Positions 1 to 13,038 of a stretch of DNA of 64,000 nt are shown one piece after another. A program made the translations under genes and the position numbers. The notes beneath the pieces are model-generated. The model was not told the origin of the DNA and searched no databases. It saw nothing but the letters and a program-made list of their open reading frames with translations. Source of the stretch: Bugula neritina (Eukaryota; Animalia; Bryozoa); contig OZ037772.1 of NCBI GenBank assembly GCA_964035545.1, positions 6,990,889-7,054,888 of the forward strand, read 5' to 3'. The stretch's first letter is position 1, and every line of letters begins with the position of its first letter.

Positions 1-570
1 AAAACAGGCATTTCCCAGCCAAAACTCTCTCTCCATCGAGTCAACCTTTGTGACCATCAAGTGGTGCTTCAACTCAAATTGTCAGCCGTTTTGGAGAAAA
101 GCTTCCAACACCAGTTCCCCACCTTCAAACTTTTATGGGCAGGATTCTGTATGCAATCTGCACCAGATGTTTCACTATGGTCACGTGCTCTCACAGGATG
201 GCGCTTCAGCCCCTGCAGTTGAGCTCAGGCATCTTTCGCTATGAGTTAAAACCGGCTCTTGACACCTTGAAGATGCTGTCTACGTCAGCACTACTCCCAT
301 AGAGTTTGGCCTGCTCTGTGAGACACAGTCATAGTTGTAGCAGAGCTACGCTAGTGGTATATACACATACAACCGCTCTTTTGCTAAACTTCGTTATAAG
401 CTGCTCGGCATCTTCTTTACCACCGAAGGTAGCATCTCTCAAGCTGTACATGTACCTGGGTATTGCCCATCTATCATTTTGAACAGGAGCTTTAGGTGGG
501 TCTGTGGCTGCAGCCTCCTCTATTGGGTAGGCGGCCTCTTCTTCTTGTGTGCCACCCGCCCGGTTGTATA
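1..570 (-). mobile_element. Degenerate Gypsy-type gag remnant (continues beyond window start)
   Basis: GC-richer than the flank. Minus-strand translation across stops and frameshifts gives gag-like segments FGGKEDAEQLITKF..VALLQL*LCLTEQAKLYG..DVDSIF, EHVTIVKHLVQIAY and LEAFLQ..LKHHLM..GNACF. Family assigned by pattern recognition only. Confidence 0.5.
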
Positions 571-660
571 ATTATGAATAATGTTTTCTAAAGTACATAT
601 ACTGTTAGCTTGCGCCATAAAAAGGACCCAAGGCTGACCACTTTCAGAAGTGATAAAAAA

Positions 661-831
<171 letters not shown>

Positions 832-1028
832 ATGAGTCAACATAACCAAACCTATAAAGTATATAAAAATTAATATTTGCAGTGGAGCGAAGAGGATGAG
901 TTGAATGAAGGGGAGCGACTTGCCAATATTCTGGCCATAGATGTATATATAGACTATATATATAGTCACAGATCATTTCAACATTGTAGATGAGTCATTC
1001 TAGAGATGAAATTATAGTAAAAATATAC

Positions 1029-1524
1029 CTGCTGATGTTGAGTACAGAACATATCTTCACACTTCACACAGTAGCATGTCGCTAGTTGACCTTGACATCC
1101 GATGGCTATACAATACAGGGTACCAGGTTGACCCGTTTCTATGGCAACATTTGGTAACTCTTCAACCTCTAATGAGTCGTACTCTTTCCTGTAACAGACT
1201 GATGGGTTTATTACAAGACCTTTAATCATTTTTGTGCAGGACAGAAGATGTGTTTAATAAAAATATATTATTTTCTTCAAATGATTCCTAGCTAAAACTT
1301 GATAGAATGGTTAATAGTAAATAATTTCTTTTTAAAAGTTTATAAGAGCATATTACTCATTCACAAGTAGGGCAGGTCACAGTTTTATGTTTACTGTAAT
1401 GTCCTTGAATACAAGTCAAACAGAATACATGCTGACAAGGCAGCTCTCTGGGATCTCTCATGTCATCTCTTTTACAGACACAATAACCACACTCATACCA
1501 TTCTGGTAGTTCCTGGGCAGCCAT
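1029..1524 (-). pseudogene. TRIM array copy 0: exon 1 (RING, 1361-1524) and exon 2 (B-box 1, 1029-1188); remainder absent or outside the window
   Basis: ATG at 1524 gives MAAQELPEWYECGYCVCKRDDMRDPRELPCQHVFCLTCIQGHYSKHKTVTCPTC (C3HC4). The intron 1 donor reads ATGAGT instead of GTGAGT, so read-through hits TGA. Exon 2 is 160 nt with AG/GT boundaries as in the paralogs. Confidence 0.8.
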
Positions 1525-2721
1525 CTTTGATTGCTTTAAGAATGAAAATGTTTGAGGGACTTTATAAGGTATAAAGACATGTAGTATTGAAATGTTATAG
1601 CAATACTTGTACAGAATACAAAGGCAACTGTGTGTATAACAAGTTGTAAAATATGGATAAAAAACAGTTTTAAAGCACCTAAATTTTTATCTTGAGAGAA
1701 TCAAGTTCAATACTGTTTATGCATTTTCTAAAAGTTATCATCAAGTTCTAAACATCAGCATTTGGTTTCATTCTACATACTTATAGCACTCACCTCTGTG
1801 CCTTTTGGTGGGTCTTGTTTGTAATCAAGTTTGAACTCAAACCTTGGCAGTAGCCTAACTGTCTAGTAAGCAGTTTCATTTTTCAGTATTTTTGTAGCCT
1901 CTCTTCCAAATATTATATAGCGCCTTTACATAATCATGTTATTGTCTTTCAAGGTTTTGTAAGAGTGGTTATATTAACTTTTTGTAATTGGGCTAAGTAG
2001 AGAATTTCTCCATTGTAAAAATTATTGTTCTTATTCAAACGCACAATTAAGTCTATATTGTTATAATAAGCTAACCATGTTTATATTTAAAACCAGAATA
2101 ACATGCCTTCAATAGAGAAAATACCAGCCACCTTTGTCCTTTTTTGTAAAAGGAACAGTTTGAATAACAGTTTGCATAACTCTATAGATCTGTAGATAAT
2201 ATATATCAATAACTGAATATAACATATACTTAGTTCAACATTGCTCAAAACTTAGTTACCCAATCAATAACAATGGACAAAGAGAGTTTCAGTTTTTAGC
2301 AACGTAGCACGTCACCTTTTTGTATATGATTGAATAAAATACTCTGCAAAACTTCCGTAGTATGTGCGTTCTAGCTCTATTAAAGTCGTTGCAGTAAAAG
2401 CGCATGGTGGTTTTATACTTTATAGCAAGGCTATTAGTGTATTGACAAAATTCATATCTATCCACCTGGCTAAGCTAGTTTTTTTTTAAACTCAGGCTGA
2501 CTGCAGTATTCTAAACAGTATTGAATAAAGTTTTGGCATTGCCATCTACAATTAAATAGCTCATTTGTTTCATATGTAATGAGTCCAAAAACATGGGAAT
2601 GACTTTTTTACCTCACTATTTACAACAACTAGGTTCAAGGTCACTCCAGGGTCAGGGTATCAGCGCCTGGTAACCTTTGGCGAAATGAAGACATCTTAGC
2701 AATAAATAACACACTTAGGGC

Positions 2722-2735
2722 GCTTTCGGTTTCCC
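2722..2735 (-). promoter_or_regulatory. ISRE/IRF-E-like motif GGGAAACCGAAAGC upstream of copy 0
   Basis: Matches GAAANNGAAA(G/C)(T/C). About 1.2 kb upstream of the ATG and conserved at 21873-21886. Function untested. Confidence 0.4.
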
Positions 2736-4092
2736 TACGCGTAGCCTACTGGGCCTACTAGGATATTTGAAAAGAATTATCCATACTTTGCATTAGCAAA
2801 CTCTCTCCCCCCATTCTATTGGTATAAAATTGAATAACTCTTAGTCATGAAAATCTATAATTTTGTTACCTGCTGATATAATTTGAATTGGTCAGTTGCT
2901 GGTGTCTCCACAGCAACTGAAACGTCTAAGCACTGCAGTGTCCTTAATATTTCTAGTCTAGATAAAAAATGTTATTGCAATCTAGTACTGTAGATTGTGG
3001 TGTATTATAATTAGAGGAAATGTTACAAAGTTTATCTAAAACAAGCTCAGGTTTCCCTGCAGATTTTGTATGTTTAATTTTTCTCTTAGAATAAAGAAGG
3101 TTTTTTAAGGGTTTATCAGATTCTGCAAGAAATAAAACTACAAGGTCTGAAATAATATAATGATACTTTCGCTATGTTCATCAAAGTTGTAGCTTCTAAA
3201 TATGTTATCATCCAAATTTTCTTCTTGTTGCATGCGAGTAATAAATTAATTTATTAATAGATGAGCTCCACTTTAGCAAACAAATGTTTTGTAAAGTCAT
3301 GGGATAATGAAAGCTTTGGTATAGGTTTTCAATGAACATATAAACACAGATATATTTTACTTTGTTGAATATAAAATGTTTTTTAAATAAGTTAAATCAA
3401 GGCATTACTAAAATATTATTAAGATGAGTCGTGTGGATTGAAATATACTTTCTATAATAAAGAAGTGCTTCTGTAGCAAAATCATTGTTACCCCTGGGCA
3501 CACTGAAGTAACTGAGTTTTGTGTTTTCTAAAGTATGTTATAAAAAACAAAATCAAATATTATATTCAAAGTTGTAGTAGTTGTTTAGATAGATATATCA
3601 ATTGCATGTATTTAACATAATGGCAAATTTCTAGATAAAAAATAACACTCTTTGAGTTGCTAAAACTTTTCAAAAACCTAAAAAAAAAATTTTAAATAAC
3701 AGAAATAATAAGCTGACTGTCAACCATTCATGGCTCGGTGCCTCGACTAGCTACAGTGCTATTGCGCCATAGGCCCTGTCATTTTGTTTATTTTTTCTCA
3801 AATATTTTTTTCCCTACTGCGACAAAATAAAAACAAACAAACAAACATAAAATTAGCATCTGTGCAGACAATGTTATAGATGCTAATTAAACTTTCTCAT
3901 GACGAAACTAAAATCAAATAGTTTGACAGCATATGCATTGTAAGTTTGATGATATTGTCATATTTTTTTTGACAAATGATACCAAATCAAAAAGAAATGG
4001 TTTTACATATATATAAGATGAGTAAAACTATATATACTAGTTAAAAATTTATATATTATGTTATATAATATATAATTCTGCGGTTTATACCA

Positions 4093-7000
4093 TCAGTTCT
4101 CCTCATACTGCACTTCAAACAGGCGCAGCTTCTGATCACCCCAACAAGGTACAGTCAATATGCCATCTTTAAAGCAGATTATTCCAACTAACTTTGGCAA
4201 TTTGTCATGAACCAGCTTTTTGAGTAAAGTACCTGTAAAATACAAAGAATATATTTTTCAGGTTGCGTAAGCCATGCAGTAGTCTAAGCATTTCTGTAAT
4301 TTCTAAACCCAATTTTTCATTATGATAGCTTCTTCATGTTTTGACTTGCTGCAGAGATTTTGTTTGATACTGTGATATTTTTATGTTAAGGACATGAATC
4401 AAAGGTAGAGGTGGATTCTTGATTTTGCTTAAAATAAACATTTTTATATAAAAAATATCACCAACATATGTAGCAGCTCTGTAGCATTTGCTATGAGTTA
4501 TCTGAATGACTTCAAATTAGTATGAGAGAGTAAATTACCCTCAGGTGAGATGATGTAAACAGCTTTGAAATCATCTGTTGCACCAACGTAGATGAGACCA
4601 TTAGAATCTGTACAGACACTGTATCCATTTTTTACACCATCACATGTCCAGACTGTAGTCAGCTTTTTATTCTCTACTTTGTACTTTATCAGTTTATCTC
4701 TACCAGCTCCTAGCAGATGACCATCTGGTAGAAAGTGTAGACCAACTGGATACACGTCAGGATGAATAGTCTCTGTTTGTTTAGTAATGAAGTCATAGAT
4801 GCTCAGCTGCTTAGTATCTGGATTCTTCACCACAACATATCTGTCAGAGACTGCCATTACTGCAGCACCATCACCTGTTCTATTAAACTGAAACAGTTGT
4901 TGGCTCTTTGTGACGTCACTAGCTAAACACATCTCTACCTTAGATATGCCATCTTCTCTGTGTAGAATGAATGCATTCTGAATAGTCTCAATTACCCCTG
5001 TTACTACCTTCTCACTTGTACTGTATTCACTCATCTCATTACCATCTCTACTCAGTAACTGTATTCCATTTCCAGTACCTATGAGTATGTCACCATCTTG
5101 TCTGTGATTGGCTGAGTAACACCAATCACTTGTCTCATGTTCAGATATGAATGTCAGTGAAGAAGGAACTGTTGTCAGACTGATGTTTAGTAGTTTACTT
5201 CTGTCCTCACCTTCAATATACTCGTATGATGTAAAACTGGTCATGTATGTATGTATGTATGCATCTGACAGGTCATTCTTATGCAAAATCATTTTGCAAG
5301 CTTATTTTAAATTTCTTTATTAAACTAGCAACTTTTACAAATAATAGTTTAACTTAGTTTTTACAGCGTGTTTTTAGAAATTATTGTGCAAATTGAAAGC
5401 CGCCTACAGTCTTAGCATTATATTGAAATCTATAGAAAACTGAAAACATCACTGTGACATTGTTGTATTATAGTATATTTTTGTTTTATATTATCCTTCT
5501 CATATAGCAGTAACTAAGTTAAATTTTTATTAATCTGCATCTGTTTTTGGTTACATCGACAAAGAATTTGGTTCATAAAAAATTTTGTCCATGTTTATTT
5601 TCGCTACCATTTTTTTCTAGTTTGTTTAGTAAATTATTGTCCACGTATCTACCAGAATATGGAGGGGGAGAAAGAAAATATAATTCACAAACAATATACT
5701 TTATAACACTATGACTAAATTAAAGCATTTTGAAACGAAGCAGATTTTCCGGGCATACATGCATCCTCATATTAGTTTTTGAAGAAAAACAACTTTTATA
5801 TACCTCAGAATGGCAAAGCATATGCATCCTCCCATTAAAAATTAAAAAAGACAACCTATGTAGCCCAGAATGGTAAAATAATAGTTTTCTGTGTTGACAG
5901 CTTACCTGTGTGTATCAGAGTTGGTGGATCAGCAAGTTCACAATCATCCAGCTTATCTGCCTCATGTTTGTCCAGCTCTTCTGCTATTCTCTTTTTCTGC
6001 CTGATCTGCTCAGTCACATGGCCATCTTTTAGCAGACGATGGATCTCAGCTTGTGTCTTCTCCAACCCATCTTCTTTTGTCATCAGCTTGGTGTGAAAGC
6101 CTTCAACCTTGGCTGTCATTTTTTCTTTGTGGTTTCTAACTTTGTCTATCATTCCTTGACTCTCCAGCCTTATTTTTTGTATCTGCATAGAATTTATAAC
6201 CAATTTTTTACCATTTCTAATTGTCAACTGATTTCCAGAACATTGGGCAAAGAATTCAATGTTGAGAATAACCATTATATTATTGTCTCTCAAATACACA
6301 AAGCACAAAACTTCATATAGGGGTTTGTAAATAGTGAATACAACCATATCTAAAATGTCATGCAATCTGGTTAAATTTCTGGCATGTTTTTTGAAAACTT
6401 GTTTAGTAGATTCCCACATTGCTTAAACTCATGAATGTTTTATTGCTTTGAGAAGGCTTATAATCTTACTATAGTATGATTTGCCATTAGGTAACTCTTT
6501 GTTATGAAGAGAACATTTATTTTTATATTGAAGTACTTCCATAAAATAATTCCATAGAATGACTGTACCCACCATCTCATCTCTAACTTTTTCTATCTCT
6601 GCTGCCATGGCTCCACATTTCTCTCCCTGAACATCCAACTCTTTCCATGCCTTCTTGTCCAGGGAATACACTTTATCTATTTTTTGTGAAACTCTCTCCA
6701 GCTTCCCTCTGAGATATTCATTTACTTCCACTTTCAGGGATGTAAGAGACTTGAAGTCATGTTGACCTCCATCTGAAATGTACAGCAATATTTTATCACA
6801 GTGCTTTTTTATTAATGACTGTATACATGAAAAGCTATATCTTACTCTATTTTTGACCAAAGTATACAATATGGTGTAATAAAGTTTTTGTTTTAGCTTG
6901 GATAATATGCACAGTTTTAGGGTTGTATATATAGATTGTACTAAAAACACTCTGAATAGTAAAGACAATTTTAACTAGAAAGAGTAAGCAAAACAACCGA

Positions 7001-9192
7001 TTTCAAAATGTGTTCTTTTCAACACAAAGAAAAACACCAGAACAATGTTTTCATCTTTTTGAAATACTTATTTTTAATCTTAGCCATTTACAAAATAAAA
7101 GAGAAAGAACATTTTTTTATATTCCTTTTTTTCAGGAAGCCAAAACTATGCTACTCAGGAAGTGTGAAGTGTTATAATGAATATCTCCCTTGTGTTAGCC
7201 ACAAAATATGAAATATGCCTCTATGGCACCCCTAAACATAGCTTTCCTTTCTATGATAATAAGGACCAAAAGCTCTAGCTACTTTTAAAACTCTGGCAGA
7301 TTTTGCTCGTGCATCATATGAGATTTAGTATGCTCTAAGTAAATACTTGACTATTTTTCAAAGTACAGATAATACAGACATTTCTTATAACTCAACTAGG
7401 TACTTTTATCAGCTTTTTAAAATTCATCATTATATACTGACATTCAACGTGGAGTAGTTAAAGTAACTGAAGAACTTCACATGTGTTATAGTCAGCTCAA
7501 TGAATACAGCTAGTGATACTGTAAGAAAGACCAAATAGCACTTCAACGTCTGTGGTTTACTAGCAAATGCTCATTAACAGGTAATCTAGAATAATTAACT
7601 TTCCTAAATAATTGATAGGGTACTACAACATTACCTGTGCAGTCTTCTCCATCAATCTCACACTCAACGCAGATCAGTTTGTCACACTTCTTACAAGCTA
7701 TCACCAGAACCTCTTTATGATGTTCACATGTTGGTTTATTAAAGTTTGTTGGTGAGCTCTTGTAGATATCAATGCCTACAACTTTGTGAGCCTCACCAAG
7801 AATTGTCTTATGGTCCTACAGCAATAATAATATAAAAAGCGACTTAAAATAAGATATTTACAATGGTAAAACTATAAAAGAATCAAATTCATTCATACCT
7901 GCGCATATACTGGCATATACATACATCAAAACCTGTACTAGCGTGTTATTGAAGTCACTCGTTGATATTGTCTATGAAGCAAGTGGAACATGCATAACTA
8001 ATTAATATTCTACATGAATCAATTTGGAGATGCAGTAGTTGAACTATACCTGCTGATGTTGAGTACAGAACATAACTTCACACTTCACACAGTAGCATAC
8101 AGCTATTTGACCTTGACATTCATCAGCTGTGCAGTACAGAGTACCAGAGTCACCAGATTCAATGGTAACCTTTGGCAGACCTTCAATCTCCAGTGAGTCG
8201 TAAACTTTCCTGTAACATATTATTGAGTTTAACTGTACAGCTTTCGGACAGTTGTGTGTGCATGTACAGGTCACGTTATATATAATGTTTCGGAAATAAC
8301 ACCTCATCCTATAATCGCTTGTTGACGGTAATTGTTTAAAATGAAAACTTCTGACAAGGTGCGTTACTTCAAATCACTCCATATAATTATACATCTCAAT
8401 CCGGGAAAATTGGGTGGAGTAATTGAATAAATATCAATAGAGCATAACTGTTTTTAATCAGGACTTATCAGATACTTTTATATCATTTTCTCAACTGCTA
8501 CATCTCTCTTAAGGAAGTTCTAAAACTAGACTGCAGCGTCTCGTAACATCATTTATATATAGAGTTGAAGAGTCACTTTTTCTTAATTATGTTTCAACTT
8601 GTTATTGTTTTTTTATCTGCTGCAATTCACTTGTTGGGTTTGTAATTTACCCGAATAAAGTAATTATTATAATATATTTGATTCAAACACACAAGAAACT
8701 ATCTCTCAGGAAAAAAAATCACCAAAACTAGCAGTTAACTTTTAGCAAAACTTTTCGTAAAAAAACAAAAAAACTTTAAAAACCTAACTCCGCAGTTAAT
8801 CTTAAACAAACGCAAAACAAATTTGAAAAATTAGTGTGACACAGCAAAATTGAATTTAATAAAACTTTCTATAAAAAAGATATCTAATGAATATTATTGC
8901 AGTTAAAAAAACTTTTTTTCATTTTCTCAACCAACACAACCAGCAATGTTTTTTCGATTCTTTTATTTTGTAGTTGTCCACGTTTACTTTAGAGTATTGT
9001 GTAGATTATACTTTTTACTCACCCACAAGTTTTAGTAGGGCATGTCACAGTTTTATGTTTACTGTAATGTCCTTGAATACAACTCAAACAGAATACATGC
9101 TGACAAGGCAGCTCTCTTGGATCTCTCATGTCATCTCTCTTAGAGACACAATAACCACACTCATACCATTCTGGTAGTTTCTGGGCAGCCAT
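4093..9192 (-). CDS. TRIM gene A: RING-Bbox-Bbox-coiled coil-NHL-like beta-propeller E3 ligase, 599 aa, intact
   Basis: Exons 9023-9192, 8050-8209, 7635-7815, 6573-6772, 5906-6182, 4539-5210, 4093-4232. All introns GT-AG with compatible phases (2,0,1,0,1,1); total 1800 nt. RING CGYC..CQH..CLSC..CPTKTC; B-boxes CTADEC..CVKC..CTQH..H..H and CEHH..CKKC..CVEC; heptad-rich exons 4-5; six beta-blade repeats (e.g. YPVGLHFLPDGHLL, YSVCTDSNGLIYV) ending LRLFEVQYEEN*. Confidence 0.9.
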
Positions 9193-10945
9193 CTTTTTTA
9201 ATTTCTGACCTATAACAACAAAACACTCAATTTTTTTTAAACAGCCTGCATGCTCCTATGTTGTCATATCACTGTGTAAATTATATAAACATAAAAGCCA
9301 TATTACTTTAAAAAGTATTCAATCTTTATGCTATTTCAAGTCAGAACAACTTGATTCAAACTATCAGCAAAAAACAGAAAATGAAAACTTACCTTTTCAG
9401 ATTTTAAATTAAAATTACAGGTATAGTTAGTACGTGGTTATACTAAAACAGTTGACTGTGAAATAAATTATTGACAAAGTGCAGTAAGCAGTTTTTTTTA
9501 TCAGTGTGGCCTCTGTTCTTAGTTAATCTTTATTCAGATGCTAAACCTTAATCTAAAACTAGTTAACTAGTCAAACATTTGTTTGTATTTAGGCTATATA
9601 GAAAGTTCCCAGTCTACAAATCAGATAAACTTAGTATGTTTACATTGCTATAGTGAGTTATCAGTTATCACCTCATCATGTGATGGGAGCAAAGGGTAAA
9701 ATATATAAGCAATAATTTTCGTTCTCTCATCCAATGTAGCCTTTGATCACTATGTAAATACATGCATACGCTATTTCTTATCAATGCATCAAGGTAAACT
9801 TACTAAAAATGCTATATTAGAGAGTGCTAAGACTTAAGTATGAACTGATAAACTAGCGTAAATCAACTGCGGCTATAAATTATTATTATTATAATTAAGC
9901 GAGCAGAGTTTGTAGCATTTTGTTATAGCGAGACACCATTACAATACAACCAACTGAACCAGTCCATGTTTTACTGAGTATAAACTGATAAACTGGCATA
10001 ATTAAACTGGGGCTATAAATTATTAATAATTATGTTGCAAGCAGAGTTCCTAGCATCCTGGGATTTTTACACCATTACAATGCAACCAACTGCACCAGTC
10101 CATGTTTTACTTAATCTTTGCTTTATATTCATCCCTGGGAAAATACCTAGTCATGGGTGTCAGCAATCATCATTCTTCAACTGGTTGCTGCCTGCCAGTT
10201 GTTTACTCAATAATTAGAAAGGTGTTTGCTGCTGTTGACTAATATCTACTGATAACTGTTGTAAGAGTATTCGCAGTAATGCAAATTATAGTTCAAAAAA
10301 TGTGATTATATAACTGAACAAAGTAAATTCACAGAGTATGCATGATATCCTTTTATATATAAGTATATTTTAATTATTTTTTGACGCAAAATCAGTACAG
10401 AGTAAGTTTATATCCTACTGTATGGAGATACAGGAGAGTATTTGGTAGCAGAGTATTTTTCACTGTGTTTCTCAAAGTTTTCCGGTGGTTTCATAATCTA
10501 ATATCATATTTACTCAACTCAACATATAACATGTTTGTTTTGTGCTCTCATAGGGTAAGGTAGATGAGTTTTGTTTGCACTTTGAGTAGTATAACTACAG
10601 CTAGAACTTTGAATGCTTGCATATTATATTAAATATAAACCATGCTTTCATTCCCATTTCAGTAGCTACTCAAAGCATACTTAAAATTACACAAGTCCTG
10701 CATACAAAATGAAAGGAGTGGTACCCAGTTAACATGTAGTTTCAACATTAGTATTGTGCCAGTATTGGCAAAATGAGAATGTTTCTGTTACTGATTCAAT
10801 TAGTTTATTTCAAAACATTGGAGTTATCATAACAAATTTTAACCCACTTGCAGGAAGTTTTTACTCTTGAAGAAAGTCTATAAGTTTATATGTATATTAG
10901 AGGTTAAAGTACAAAATTAGAGCTATATATTCTTGCTGAATCGCA

Positions 10946-10963
10946 GAAAATGAAACAGAAAAG
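10946..10963 (+). promoter_or_regulatory. Triple GAAA (IRF-like) motif GAAAATGAAACAGAAAAG upstream of gene A
   Basis: Three GAAA half-sites with 2-nt spacing, about 1.75 kb upstream of the ATG. The paralog at 41636-41653 reads GAAAGTGAAACAGAAAAG. A chance match is possible in this AT-rich background. Confidence 0.3.
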
Positions 10964-11246
10964 AGTGAGGCAAGTATAGAAAAGCTAAACTAAAAGCAAG
11001 ATAGCTAATAACACAAAAAATTCATAACAAAAGAAAGCAGCTTTATATAAAAAAGCTGCTTTTGGACAATACCATTACCATTCTCTTCTTTAGATCACAC
11101 AATGAAAGCAAGTGAGTTCCCAGTGAACGAAGTGCATGCTCATAGAATGAATTGAGAATTTATTATGTAGTCAATGTAACAAGCTGCACACTATTTTATT
11201 TGACTTGAATTAAGGAGCTATCTTTTAACTTTGGATTATGCTAATA

Positions 11247-11586
11247 CAGGGGTGACCAATGTCTTTGGAACAAGGGCCACTGAAACTGAATGTCATGTGG
11301 TGAGGGCTATATTGTAAAATTTAGCTTAGGCTAAGGGCCACAGAATCCAAATAACAGCTTTATTCCAAATTCCTATAAATCATTACGCAATAAAGTCCCA
11401 ATAGTTACTGCTGGCCGCATGCTTTTAGCATATATGAACAAAGACGTTTGAAAGGTGGTTTTCCCACTCCAATTTATATACATGTGCAACATAATTTTAT
11501 GTGTTTTGCGTTTGAGGACCACATAAATGCAAATGTAAGCTGGGGCCACATTTAGACCTAGGGGCAGCTTGTTGAACAGACCTCTG
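11247..11586. mobile_element. hAT (Charlie-like) MITE
   Basis: Termini CAGGGGTGACCAA...TTGAACAGACCTCTG, flanked by an 8-bp TSD TGCTAATA/TGCCAATA (7/8). Non-coding. Confidence 0.7.
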
Positions 11587-12282
11587 TGCCAATAGAAATG
11601 AATGCGAAATAAGTTGGCTGAAAATCGCTGGGTGCCGTAATATATAAATAACTAATGTTTAGCTCGTATAAGCTTTCACAAACTTTATAAACTGATAGCT
11701 GCATTTTTTGCCAACATTATTTGATACTGATTTAACTCAATAATATTAGCTTTGATTAGTTAGACCAGGAAGTTAAAAGCTAATGCAACGTTCATGTTTT
11801 ACATAAAGGACTGTTACCTAACAATTATTTTCACGCGTCTATGCTAAATGCATGTAATGCAGTTTTTTGACGGAAAAGTTGAAGACATTCTCATTAAGTC
11901 ATTTAGAAAGCTTCCTGAGTTTGTAACAACAATGCATTTACATGCACATACTGAGATGTATCAAATATAATATACTGTTTATAATATATTCTTAATACGT
12001 GTAGAGTCACTGTTGAGTCGGTCTATAGCTAGAACTCGAAAGATATAAAATACTTTACTATTACTACAATAAAACTATTCATCACACAGTTCAAGTCCAT
12101 CTCTCCTCTCTCTAGTTAGACAAGGAGTTATGTTCTTTATTTATTTGATCCAAAACCTAACAAATTGTTACAATAATAAAATGTGATTATACTAATTGCA
12201 TCTAAAAAAATAAAACTATCCAATATATATTGTCTTTTAGGTTTACAAAAGTGTTATAAATTTTAGGTAATAAAATTATATA

Positions 12283-12893
12283 CAAGACAATGAATGGAGT
12301 AGAAGCTTGCAGCCTCTCTTGAAAAGAAAAACTGTATGTCACAGAGGACGACATGGAAAGTAATGCTTACAGTATTTTGAGATAAAAAGGTGCTATATAA
12401 CTTTGGACTTCAAGAGCTAAGATAACGATGTGAACCCTGAAAACTACTGTGAGCTCTTGACTGTGGTTTAGCAAGACATAAGAAGCAAGAGAGCAGACCT
12501 CTAAAATATAGGAGTTGTGTTCTACCAAAACAATGCTCACCCACATACTACTGTGTGAACAACGGCTAAAATTGAAGAACTGGGTTGGGGGGTGTTAGTA
12601 CACCATCCTTATAATCCAAATTTTGCACCAAGTGATTTCCATCTTTTTGGACCATTAAAGAGCCACATGAGAGACAAGCACTTTGCTACTGATGCAGCAG
12701 TCATTGAAGCTGAGCGCAACTGGTTCAAAACTCAGAATTCTATTCTGCAGGGATTGAGAACCTTGTATGAAAGTGAAACAAGTGTATAAAGAAAAAAGAA
12801 GACTACATTGAAAAGTGAAGATTTGTAAAGCTCCATTTTATTCTAATACAAAATTAATACAAAATTCCCACTAATTATTGACTGACCCTCTTA
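12283..12893 (+). mobile_element. Degenerate mariner transposase 3' fragment with right terminal repeat
   Basis: Broken translation GKVMLTVF*DKK, QNNAHPHT, EELGW.VLVHHPYNPNFAPSDFHLFGPLK (YSPDLAPSD motif of mariner), DYIEK*. Terminus ATTATTGACTGACCCTC-TTA. Confidence 0.85.
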
Positions 12894-13038
12894 CATGATT
12901 ATATTACAATCTATCAACTTTCAGTAATCTAATTAGCAAGTGATTTAATTGCTTGCCCTTGAAGTAAAAATCAACCTAAGTATGTAATATGTGACAGTAT
13001 TCAATGCGTAGTAATAAAGTAAGTACGTTTTGTAATGT

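Noticed and set aside
8974-9177. Plus-strand ORFs repeated across copies (8974-9177, 39799-40002, 8014-8196, 7008-7211, 10381-10563)
   Set aside because: Antisense shadows of real exons or intronic/intergenic ORFs that recur only because the segment is duplicated.
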